Positions 12,557-24,236 of a DNA stretch of 64,000 nt are shown here, piece by piece. Made by a program: the position numbers and the translations under genes. Below the pieces are notes generated by a model that was not told where the DNA came from, made no database searches, and saw nothing but the letters and a program-made list of their open reading frames with translations. Where the stretch lies: positions 9,486,001 to 9,550,000 of the forward strand of contig OU015568.1 in assembly GCA_907165135.1 (NCBI GenBank). Direction: 5' to 3'. Origin of the DNA: Oikopleura dioica. Taxonomy: Eukaryota > Animalia > Chordata. The stretch's first letter is position 1. The number at the start of each line of letters is the position of its first letter.

Positions 12557-13671
12557 AGAGCTATGATGCCGGAAAATACTTTTGTATCAAGGAAACTGGA
12601 CAGCAGGATGATATTAAAACAACTGATATTATGGGAGAGATTAATTTGCACATTGTGGAGCTGAAGAAGATCGATATAGTGCTCGATTATGATGTAAGAC
12701 TGTTCATTCTGCAGTGTCAGTTTGTTTGACAATGATTTCAGCTCGATTCAAGTAAAGAATGGAAACTGTTGGAGGGAGACAAGTGTTCGATGTGTGGCGA
12801 TTTGGTCGGTGAAATCCAACAAATGGCGATTTGTTTCGAGCCAGGAGGAAAAGAGCCTTGCAAAAAAGTCCATAGCCAGTTAAAAATTGCTGCTTGCACG
12901 ATGCAATGTCCTCTCCATCTATCAGACGCCTTCGAAGTTCCTGCTACGGACGGCATTCCTGATCTTATGACCAAGTAAGAAGCGTTTTTTTATTTATATG
13001 AATTTGCTTTTGTAGACATGACATTTTCTGGCAAACTCAAGTCGTAACAGCCGGTGATTCTTTGCGACTTTTGTGCCAGAGTAGAACGAAAAAGAGCTTG
13101 ATGAATGCGCCTCTCGGCTGGGAATTTTCACCAAATGATGGGACGAAAGCGATTTCCCTTACAAGAATGAACGGTTTTTCGAAGGATCCGTATCTTGGCT
13201 TTATTTTACCAGACAACTCGTTGTTCATCGAGCGACTGAATTATACCCACTCTGGAATTTACAAAGTAGGGTTTCTTCTCTATCTGTAAATAATCCTTTT
13301 TAAAGTGCAAGTTGAAATGGGAAACGGTTTCAATGTATCTTGTTGAAGTCAACGGTCAAATGCTCAGATCGAGTCTAGATTTCTTGGAAAACGTCGCTTT
13401 CTGGTCAGGAGCCTTCTTCTCGTTTTTCATGTTCTTCTTGATGGCAATACCTGTTCTCTCAAGGAAGAAAATGGGAAGTCTGGAAAAAGTTTACGCGTTT
13501 GCGCTGAAGAAGGCAAACCAAAAAGCGTTTGACAAGGAAATGATGGAAACGGCAAGACGAGAAGGGATGGTGCTGTTTCGAGCGGAAGAGGAGGAAGATC
13601 CCTATTTGAAAGAATACAACAAAGAGTACGACGATATTCCGCAAGAAAATACGAGTGAAGAGACCAGTTAG
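12480..13671 (+). CDS. FAM187-like Ig / Cys-linker / Ig single-pass membrane protein module
   Basis: Restoring one A at 12547-12551 gives LEIKNLKSYDAGKYFC (Ig DxGxYxC). Then CSMCGDLVGEIQQMAICF (cf. FAM187 CDRCGVRGEQWRIGLCY), ACTMQC, second Ig LRLLC...GWE...LFIERLNYTHSGIYKC, and TM VAFWSGAFFSFFMFFLMAIPVL. Three GT-AG introns. Similarity judged from memory. Confidence 0.62.
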
Positions 13672-13910
13672 AGTCGATCAACTGAAACTGCCATTTATTT
13701 TATTATCATTACTCATTTAAATTATTTTTACAGTCATTGCCAAAATAATAAAGCTCATCCTTATCATACGAATCAGTTTCCGCTCTGTTAAAATTATCGA
13801 TTTTTACTTTAAAATTTTCTTCTCGAGAACTCAAAATCAATTTGTTTTCGCTGAGTCCATAAATGCTCCGAATAAGTCAGTTTTGGGGAGTTGATAAAGA
13901 TCGCCAAAAA

Positions 13911-16900
13911 ATGGCGACACCAGTTTTTGAGCGAAAAACCGTTTTAACCGATGTCGATCCCAAGCTCATTGCTTCTCAAAAGTGAGTTTGAAATAACAGC
14001 ATAATTTTTAACGTGAGAGAAAGAGAGAAAACACCATGTTTCGGCGAGTTCCGCACACGCATCATGGGTTAGGGGATGAACAAGAATAAAAAGAAGAGCC
14101 TTAGGGGCGTCTGTAGCATAAGAAGCGTTAGTTATTTTCTCACTCTTGCGCATTTGGGCACATGCCAACGCGTGGGAGTTGCGCAATGATCCCCGTCGAT
14201 TGATCTGATCGTTGTACTCAGCAAGCGCAAAAATATCAATTTTTTCTTGTTTTTTGATTACGGAACATCGTAATTATGGATAATTATAGGCGGAGGCTCT
14301 CAGAGAGTCCCGAAAAGGAAGATGTTTTTGTTCCTCCGATAGTATTTCCTCGACGAGAAATATTGGAAGAGACATTACAATCGGTGTTTTAACCTCTGGT
14401 GGCGATGCTCAGGTACGTTTCGTTTTACGTAATCATCGTAAAAATGATGACCGAATTAGGGCATGAACGCTGCCGTCCGCGCCGTCGTTCGAATGGGAAT
14501 TCACTGCGGTTCGGATGTCTACGTCATTCAAGAAGGCTACCAAGGACTGATTGAGGGCGGCGACAAAATCCACCGAACAAAGTGGTTCGACGTCTCGGGC
14601 ATCATCGAACTTGGCGGAACAGTGATCGGCTCCGCCCGATGCATGGGATTCAAAGAACGCGAGGGTCGAAGAACTGCGTGTTTGAACTTAATCAAACGGT
14701 CGATCACCCATTTGTGCGTTATCGGCGGCGACGGTTCCCTCACCGGCGCGAACAAACTGCGAGAGGAATGGACTTCCCTCGTGGAAGAGCTCCACAGTTT
14801 GAACAAAATCACAGTCGAGCAAAAAGCGACGTACAAGAAACTCCACATTGTCGGCATCGTCGGCTCGATCGACAATGATTTCTGCGGCACCGACATGACG
14901 ATTGGCGCTGACTCGGCTCTCCACAGAATCGTCGATTGTGTTGATTCGATTGCGACGACTGCGCATTCTCATCAGCGAACATTTGTTTTGGAAGTGATGG
15001 GAAGGAATTGTGGATACTTGGCGTTGTGTGCGGCGCTTTCTTGTTGCGCCGATTGGGTTTTGATCCCGGAGAGTCCGCCAGAAGAAGGATGGGAGAACCA
15101 AATGTGTGAGCGGTTGAATCGAGCTAGGTAGGGTCGATCTGTAATTTGTGATGATAATTTGTTAATTCAGAGAGTACGGCAGTCGATTGAACATTATTAT
15201 CGTCGCAGAAGGTGCAATCGACCGAAATGGCAACGCGATTTCAGCTGATTATGTGAAAAAGATCTGTACGGAGCGTTTGAACCAAGACACACGAGTTACC
15301 GTCCTCGGCCACATCCAGCGTGGAGGCCGACCATCTGCCTTCGATCGAATTCTCGGAACGCGAATGGGTTGCGAAGCCGTTCTCGCGCTCCTCGATTCTA
15401 CCGACGAAACAGAAGCGGCAGTCATCGCGTTGAAAGGAAACCAAATGGTGAGAATTCCAATGATGGAGGCGGTCGCTGAAACGCAAGAAGTAGGAAAAGC
15501 GATTGCGGCAAAGAACTTCGCCCGAGCTATCGAGCTCCGTGGACGAACTTTCAACAGGAATTTAAAAATGTGGCGTGAGCTGGGAACACGTGATCCTTCA
15601 ATTCCACTCGACAGTGTTGGAAAAAAGAGAATCGGAATTGTGAACATTGGCGCGCCAGCTGGAGGCATGAATGCGGCGATCCGAGCAGTCGTCCGAACTT
15701 GCATCAATCAGAACCAAACGCCAGTAGTGATCAAGGACGGAATCGGAGGTTTATTGACGCCGAACAATGTCCACGAGTACAAATGGTGGGATGTGCGAAA
15801 CTTTACCGCTCATGGAGGTACTAGTGTCGGAACGTCGAGAAAAGTTCCATCGAATTTCGGAACAGCGAAGATCATCGAAGCCATCAAAGGGTACAAACTT
15901 GATGGTCTCTTGATCATTGGCGGCTACGAAGCTTGCACAGCAGCGAGAGAACTGATGGAAGGAAAGCTCTCCATCCCAGTCGTCGTGATTCCTGCGACGA
16001 TTTCAAACAACGTCCCTGGCACTGAATTCTCAATTGGTCCAGATACATCGCTCAATGCTATCATCGACGCTTTGGATAAAGTGAAAACGTCTGCGGCTGG
16101 AACACGACGACGAGTTTTCATCGTTGAAACAATGGGTGGCTTTTGTGGATATTTGGCGACTATTGCTGGAATCGCTGCTGGAGCGGACTCCGTTTACATC
16201 AATGAAATTCCTCAAGATATTTCTGTAAGGATCTCAGATTTTTCTCTTTTCATTTTTGTTTCAGGAAATTTCTCAGAACGTACGAAGCCTGATCGAAAAA
16301 ATGAAAGGGCCAATCAAGCGCGGCATCGTCATTCGAAATGAAAATTCTTCAAAGCACTACAACACCGAATTCTTGCACAATCTCTACGCCGCTGAGGGAA
16401 AGGGCGTTTTCGACGTGAGAACGATCACTCTTGGCCATATTCAGCAAGGAGGTGCGCCTTCTCCCTTCGACAGATCTTATGGAACTAAATGTGGACATAA
16501 TGGAGCGAAGAAAATTATTGAAATCTTGGAAAAAGGCGGCAAGCCGGAAGGAAAAGCCTACCTTGTTGGCATGAACCGTCGTCATGTAAGATCTGATTTC
16601 AGAATTTTGAACCGTTATGAGTTTTTAGATGGACTTTACTGAACTCTCCGATCTAAAATCTATCTCCGACTCTCCAAAACGGTAATTTCAAAGTCTCACA
16701 TGCCAAAATCAACTACTTTTTCAGCCGCCAAAAATCCGAGGAGCAGTGGTGGATCAATCTCGTTTCCATGCAGCGAATCATGGCGCACTATCACAACCTC
16801 GACTATCATACTGAAGTTATCGACGCTCCAAGACGGTAACAATTTTATCCGATTTCTGCTTTCTTCTGACTCTGTAGTCTTAGAAGCGAAATGGGCAAGC

Positions 16901-17004
16901 CGCCGATGACGATGCCAATTCGTCCTCCAAGCGCGTTGGACACCGCCGGTTCCTTCAACTTTGACCCTCGTTTGCTCGGAGACTCCGATGAAGACTCTGA
17001 TTAA
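13911..17004 (+). CDS. PFK: ATP-dependent 6-phosphofructokinase (eukaryotic duplicated type); first exon tentative
   Basis: [11 protein letters not shown]|[39 protein letters not shown], second half [37 protein letters not shown]. First internal intron is 47 nt (14413-14459). Stop at 17002-17004. The ATG 13911 exon is one base out of phase with the 14290 acceptor. Confidence 0.93.
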
Positions 17005-17159
17005 GATTTATCCTCTTCCTGTTTATTTAAAAATGACTGTACAAAAACATGCTTCTTCAACAAAAATTACACCAACAATGAAAAATATAAGTTTTCTTAT
17101 CAGTTCAAAGCTTCAAAAACTGACTTTTTTCTTTCAAAAGAATATCGAGTTTGAAAAAA

Positions 17160-18040
17160 ATGGGATCGCATGGAATGACCGACGATGAAATTCTAGTGTA
17201 CCTATTTGACGCGATCAAGAATCCCGAAGCCGTCAATTTTGCGCAGGTTTTGAACGACAGGCGCGTGAAAGAGTGCAGGGTGAAATATAATAACGACAAG
17301 TGGAATATGGTTTACGAGACGGTGGAGCTCTTCGCATACGGAACGTGGGAAGATTATGTGAGAGGAAGGCAGAATGGAAAGTATCTCGTGCTCGATGAAC
17401 TTTGCACAATGAATTTGAAGGTTTTGAGGTAGATTCTTTCAACGACAAAGGAAATCCTTTATTTCAATAATTTTCTAAAGTCTTATGACGGCAAGAAAAC
17501 AGCTAAATACAGGAGAAATTCCATACGATCTTTTATACGAAAGACTCGGCGTCGAACACGGGAACACTTGGGAGCTCGAGCAAATCGTCATCGGAGTGAC
17601 CCAGCGGGGGTTGATGAGTGGCTACGTCGACCAAGAAAAACAAACTGTCTTTATCAGAAATATCCTCACCCGTGATGTGCGACTCTCAGGTTAAAAGATC
17701 TTTCATGAAAAAATATTGAAAATGATTTTTATAGAAGCAGAACAGCTCGCAGAAAAGGCGAAGTCCTGGTGCGAGAAAATTCAAAACAAGCTCGATAAAA
17801 TGCGGAAAGCGGAACTCGAGGCAGATCAAAAAGACCTCGCACAATTCAATGCTAATGAAGATCACATTTACAAGCTCGATAAGACTTTTCAATATGTAAA
17901 GCTTCAAATGATCGGTAAAATACCAATTTTCTTCAAAAATTCAATTAGTTTTAGCTCAGGCGGGAGGAAGTAGTAGCTCTTCAAATCAGCCACGAACGAA
18001 GAAGACAAAAGTCAAGCCCACAAATATGATGACAACATGA
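17160..18040 (+). CDS. COPS7: PCI-domain protein, COP9 signalosome subunit 7-like
   Basis: LFAYGTWEDY, KVLSLMT, IPYDLLYERLGV...ELEQIVI...GLMSGYVDQ...LTRDVR, AKSWC; three short GT-AG introns. Confidence 0.68.
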
Positions 18041-18137
18041 ATTCAAAATTTTAAACACTGCTGATAAAAAATATTCTTCTTTGTTCGAGAACTCTTCACT
18101 TAATTTCTCACTCGAACGCGCAATTTCAGAATTGAAG

Positions 18138-18284
18138 ATGACCCGCTGGGAGCCTCCAACAGTGAACACCCCTACCGTGAAGACTCAGTCTGACTTTCAT
18201 CGTAGCTACGATCTAACCGTCAGTGACGCAGCGCAACAGTGGAAGAAATACATGAAGCAGCTACAGAGTAAATATAAAAATTGA
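18138..18284 (+). CDS. Candidate 48-aa microprotein MTRWEPPTVNTPTVKTQSDFHRSYDLTVSDAAQQWKKYMKQLQSKYKN
   Basis: ATG-to-stop ORF preceded by a TTTCAG acceptor-like motif, located between COPS7-like and CCNK in a co-directional cluster. No homology recognised. Confidence 0.35.
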   Translation: MTRWEPPTVNTPTVKTQSDFHRSYDLTVSDAAQQWKKYMKQLQSKYKN

Positions 18285-18420
18285 TGCCTGTTTTTCAATC
18301 TGAAATCTGCCAAAAAATTATTTCTCTGTTAGTACTGGTAAACAACTGAAATAAAGTCTTTTTTCCAAACAAGAGGCCCGTTTGTGCTGGCCTCACTTTT
18401 TTTACAATAATTTTGTTAAG

Positions 18421-20230
18421 ATGTTACCTTGTTGGTATTGGGATCGAAAAGATATTGAAAACTCGCCATCTAGGCAACAAGGACTCTCGGCAGAAAACGA
18501 AGCTAGGTATCGAAAAGAAGGAGCGAAATTCATTCACAAACTCGGGCTCGAACTAAAGCTTCATCACGATACTCTTGGTAATTCTTTTTTTAATTTTTTC
18601 CTTGTTAATTTATTTGATTTCTAGCGACCGCTGCAGTCTTCTATCATCGATTTTACCAACAACACTCGTTCGTCAAGTTCCGACAGCGCTATGTTACTGC
18701 CACTTGCTGCCTTTTTCTAGCTGGAAAGGTCGAAGAAACGCCGAAGAAATGCAAAGATCTTGTGCGACTCGCGAAACAGCTTCTTTCCGAGCAACATTTT
18801 GCCAGTTTTGGTGGCTCAGGCCCAAATGCGGAAGTAACGGCCAGGGAGGAAGTGATGGCCATGGAAAGAGTTTTGCTACAAGCGATCAAATTTGACTTTA
18901 ACGTTGTTCATCCTTATAAATATATTATTGAGGTAAAGAAATGCTCATAAAAGTGAGTTGTTTTTGATCATTTTTAGTACGCGGAGCAGTTGAGAAATGA
19001 TATTCAAGGAAGGATTGAAGAGAAGCAAATGGAAAATCTTGTCCAGAAATGATCATAAATTTTCAGTTAATTTTGTTATGAATTAAAAAAACAAAATGAT
19101 GATCTGAAAATGAAGCAAAGCTGGAACTTTACCAACGATTCTCTTCAAACGACGCTTTGCCTTCAATGGGAGCCCGAAATTATCGCGATCTCAATGATCT
19201 TCTTATCAGCAAAGTTGGCAAAGATTGAAGTTCTCGCAGCGTCAACGAAATGGTGGGAAAAGTTCATTCCAGATCTGAGCATGGAACTGATCGAGTCAGT
19301 TTGCCATTCTGTGCTCGATATTTATCAGAGCTCAAAGATGAAGAAGAGTAAAACACCCAAGCGTAAAGGTATTCCTTTTCTCTTCTTTTCGATCTCTTCC
19401 TTTATCTTTAAGATGTTGTTCATACTGAAGGAACGCCTGAAAAACGACTGAAAGCGGATACTGTCGACCAAGGAATGCTTAAGCAGCTCATTCTTCAAAA
19501 TCTGGACGCTGGAAAGCTTTCTGAACGTAAAAAGACTTTATTTCTTTCATTATTTATCCTCGATATTTAAGTCGTTCGAGCACAAGCAGAAAACGCAGCG
19601 AACAATCAGCAACAACAAAATCAAGCTTCCGAAACGCCCACACCTCGCATATCCTCACAGCCACCTCACGATGTAAATACCCGTCATTTTCCAGTTCTAA
19701 GAACTCGTTTGATTTTAAGCACCGACCACAGCCGATGAGCGCTTCTGTTCCAACAACTCCCATTCAAGCTCATGGACAGCGGCCACCGTTCCAGCAAAAT
19801 CTCAATACAAATCAATTTCATACACCACAACCTCAAAGGGGAGGACATCAGGAGTTTTCCGGTGCTTGGAGACCTTCTACTCCTCAAAATGTAGCTTCTT
19901 TCTTTTTATCGCATTTGTGAATCGTCACTTTAGATGAATCAGGGAGGACCTCATGGAGGATATGGAATGCAAGGCGTGCAACGACCCCCAGTTCCAATGC
20001 AGCATCAGGGATACGGTGGAGGCCCAGCGCAACATGGCGGCTGGGATAACACTAGAAACCAACAACAGATGAATGGAACTCCTTCTGGCCCACGCGGAGG
20101 CAGGCGCGGCTACGGGCCTTCTGGTAATAGCTTCGGACAAGGAAAGGATTTAATCGTCACCTTAACTTTTCATTTTGAAAGCTCTATTGAATCCAAAAAG
20201 GAGGCTATCAAAACCAGAGTCAATGGAGAT
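18421..20230 (+). CDS. CCNK: Cyclin K with Pro/Gln/Gly-rich C-terminal tail (3' end approximate)
   Basis: MLPCWYWDRKD...SP...EARYRKEGA...LKLHHDTLATAAVFYHRF, LAGKVEETPKKCKD, ERVLLQAIKFD...HPY, SWNFTNDSL...LQWEPEIIA. Confidence 0.9.
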
Positions 20231-20352
20231 AAGCAATATTATTTTCCTTTACCTGACCACTTCTGCCTGAATATATCATTCGTCCAAAGTTTCATTTTTA
20301 ACAATTTTAAATAATACTCTTCTCCCAGAATGGTTTTTAAATAGAACGAGGT

Positions 20353-23300
20353 ATGGCAGCTTGCTACGATTACTTTTACATCGTTGGCCCTTCGCCGGAA
20401 ACGAATAGTCCTCGAATTCTTGCTCACGTGCCTAGATCGGTTCCGGGAAACACATGGGACAATGAGGCACATCTTGCGGTGTTATCACTCCCGCTCGGCT
20501 GCAGAGAGTTGAAGGAAAACTCGACTCGATCATGTCATTCGTTTATCTGGAAAAAGGAAGATGGATCATCTTCTTGGGTGCACGCAATGGAATTTTGGAA
20601 CCCTTCTGGAGGCCTAAGCCACGCGCTTGCGCTAATTTCAAAACGAGCGTTGATTCTTTGCTCTCATAAAATTCTTAATCTCATCTACGATCTTGTCTTT
20701 ATATCCGGCTTGCCCTTGGACTCGCTGCAGCAGCTATTGAACAATGTCTTTGCTCTGAAAGAATCGTCCAGTATCACCTCGTTCCAAGTCAATTGCATCG
20801 ACAGTATCGTCATCCCGCCTCGTTATTCCTCCTCAATCTCGCTTTATAAAACTTTCGAAAAAGTCCCAATTGTCAAAATTGTGAAAATCATTTGCTCGTT
20901 GCTGCTCGAACGACAAGTCGTCATCATCTCATCCAACATGGAAGAACTCGCTTTACTGACAGAGTCGTTAAAATTCCTCCTCTTTCCTTTCCCTATGCCA
21001 GACACCTACATCCCCTTGCTACCTTGCATTGCCGGAGCAGAGAGCTATCTTGAGGCGCCGATTCCGTATATCATGGGAATTTATACTCAGTCCATGACAC
21101 CTGGTTTCTTGGCAAACTTGCTGCTCGAATCGAGCGGTCGAACAGTTTTTGATATGGATGATGGAACCCTGATCGTTGACGAAACTCTTCCTAAATTTCC
21201 CTTAGAAGACCAAGTCATCGATCTCGCCAGAAGCCGGTTCAACGAAATCAACAAAAAAGAACTTGAGCGATTGAAAAAGCGCGAGAATAGCTTCTCTTTG
21301 CATGGAAAATCCATTCCTGAAGACAATGACGACTTGCTAGATGAAATTCACAATGAAGCTCTTTCGTTGCCCTTCAAAGTCGCCTTCGCATTCATGTTTG
21401 CTGGTTTCGAAAACTTTGTTATCAATTCCAACGAATCGTCGGACATAATTCGATCTCGTGAGACTTCAAGTCTTTTTGACAAAGTAGCATTCTTATCCGA
21501 GCAGCCGGAAAGTCACATGGCGTTCTTGTCAAATTTCCTCGAGAGTCAACCGTTTGCTGAATTCATGAAAGAAAAAATCCGTCTTGCGGAGCTTTGCAGG
21601 GAAAGTAGTCTTCCGAGCACGATGCATCACGTGGTCAAGTTCGAGCAGATGATCTATCGATTCCAGAGTTTTCACTCGACTCTGGATGGCAGTGAAGAGC
21701 TTCCCCTTTCATCTCTTATTGCTCAGGAACCATTGTTCAAGCCAAAAGTGAAGAAGGAAAAAGTGGAAATTGAAATCAATGACACACCATCAACGGAATT
21801 TCCATCTCTGTATTCCGCCGAATTGTTTCATCTTCTAAGCATCAATGATAAGCTTGTACCTGACGACGGATTAACTCCAACGCCCGGTACAATGCCGTTT
21901 ACTGGACCGGACGATATGTTTTCAAAAGCCGATCCTGGGACGAATAGCGTTGATGAAAGCTCTGTAAATCCCGAAATCATGTTTCAAGAAAACGTCAAAT
22001 TCATCGAACGGGTCGTTTCAGACGTGAACAAGCTGATTAAACGCATCCTTCTCGGCCGCTTGGGACGAGAAACCGCGTCCGAGTGGGGCCATGAAGTCAA
22101 GTACTGCCACCAAACCGAAGAAAATGTCCAAATCGGGCAACTTTGTGATCTGCTCGAGCGTATTTTCAGACATGGAAGCAAGTCAAAACGCTCTCAATCT
22201 GCTCTCTGGAGTTTTCTCCTTAGTTTCAGAGAATATGCGCCTCCAGAAACTCCTCAAATAATAACCGCTGAGGATAACCAGCAAGGTGTGTTTCGTTCAT
22301 TCGCGAAGAAAATCGCCGGTCTGGAGTACACTAGAGATATCAAACCAGTTGTTCGGTCGCCTGTTGCTGATATGAATACGGTTCTAAAAATGACAGGTGA
22401 AAGAAAATTAAGGATTGGAATATTTAATTTCTCCAGGAATTCAATCTGATCGAGGTCGAGTTCGAGCATGGATACGACTTGCAGTTGAAAAGCGTCTTCT
22501 TTCTCATCATTTGAGTTGTATAACTTCAAATCCTGTGATCGTCAATGAACACTACAAATCGTACGGACTGATACAATGCAGGGATAAATGGGAAGAATGC
22601 TTGAATTATTTTCTGACGCTTGGAAAGACACAGGTTTTGATTTTTCTTGAAACTGTTATGAATTATTTTCATAAGGATGTCGAATTTAATTGTTTTACCG
22701 ATGGTTTTCCCGGAGCAACGATAAAATACCGCATTTGGATATTTCCCGGAGAAAGTCTTATCGGTATCTCCGAAACTACTGCGAACATTTATGTGAAACT
22801 CGTTGGCGAAAAGGATGAAACTCCTCGAATACCGATTCATAACAAAACTACCCTAGAAGTGGAATTTGAATGCAATAACTTGGGACGCCTGGTTGTTCTC
22901 GCAATTGGTAATAGAAAACCATTGAATGAAAAAAAATTACTTAAAATTAGGACACGATAACTCGGGGATGTTCCCTGCTTGGAAGGTGAAAAAAGTGCTA
23001 GTTCGGAACGAGGTAACTGGAGCTTTTTGGAACTTTCCATGCGGCAAACCGATTGGAAAATCAGTTGGCGATGGAGCTCTTGAGCGAATTCTTACTGCAG
23101 AAAGGTTGGGATTGACGATGTCGAAAGAGCGTAGAGTCGTCTCGATTTCTACAAGGAATGGTTGAATGAAATTATTTTTTTTTTGCTTGAGCATGTGACT
23201 TTAGGAAAAAGAGAATGAGCATGAAAATCTTTGCTTGATTATTAGAATAGATTGGGGGAATGATATTTAATTCTTTTATAAAACCAGGAATAGGCAAACA

Positions 23301-24071
23301 ACACAAGGCGCCCGCTCCAAAGAAAAGTCTAGAGACGACCTTCAGAAGAACTTTCATCTGACCGTAAACAAAATACAAGTCCTCATGAACATGGAACGCC
23401 CCCAAGCCCAAGCGATCAATGGTCTACTTTGTGGTGAAAATGGACTCGTTGAAAGTAAAATCACTCTTTTGAGAAAATCGAATGTAATCGTCTTAGATTT
23501 TTCGGACATCTTTGTTCACGAAATGAAAACAAGTCGACTGAGAACGAACTTTGCTTGGGATGCGATTTACCACACAGCGCAGCAGATCATTGCGGAGCCG
23601 ATTCACTCCGGAGATCCTGAAATCCGCTCTAAATTCCTGGACGTATTCAATGAAGTTCAAAATAAATGCTCTGACGGAGGAAAAGAGGGCAAATTTCAGG
23701 TTCACAATTCATTGAAAATTTATTGTAAAAGAGAGTTTTCAAGACATTTGTATGCGTCGTTTTGAGAGACAAAGTGATGTCACAGTTTATGAAGATTGTT
23801 AGAGATTGCTGCAACGAACTTTACTCATCGTCAGCTTTTCTTTACGAGCAATCAACTGTGATTTTCCTTGAAGAAATGCTCTCTTATCTAGCCACAGTGA
23901 AAGTTCTTGCTGTTGATGACTCGTTAACAAAGGTGAAAGGAGCACTTCGCCATGGCATGTGTTATTAATGTTAATTTCTAGGGAATCGAGAAAGTTGAGC
24001 TGAAAACACCCGACCTGACAACTTATGAAAGTCCGATACCGCTAGAGCATATGCCAGAATCTTCCGTTTGA
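20353..24071 (+). CDS. DENND5: DENN-RUN-PLAT-RUN Rab GEF (Rab6-interacting protein 1 type)
   Basis: DENN (SLLLERQV, YIPLLP...YLEAPIPYIMG, FDKVAFLSEQPE), RUN (LCDLLERIFRHG, DRGRVRAWIRLAVEKRLLS), PLAT (NIYVKLVGE, NLGRLVVLAIGHDNSG...W), second RUN (LLCGENGLV, GKEGKFQ) and terminal LTKGIE. Confidence 0.86.
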
Positions 24072-24236
24072 AATCCATTTAAACTCTTTTCTTCATTTTT
24101 TTCTTTTCAACGCAACTTCAAAACCAACCTTCTCATCGTGCAATTTTTACTGACCTTTGCTTCTTCAAAAAACTCCTGTGATTAATTCTACTAATACAAT
24201 TTCATATTACACATCTAAAAAGTCCTAGCATGGAAG

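Noticed and set aside
13978-13981. Phase mismatch between tentative PFK exon 1 and exon 2
   Set aside because: Probably another A-run deletion or a wrong first exon; not enough evidence to treat it as biology.
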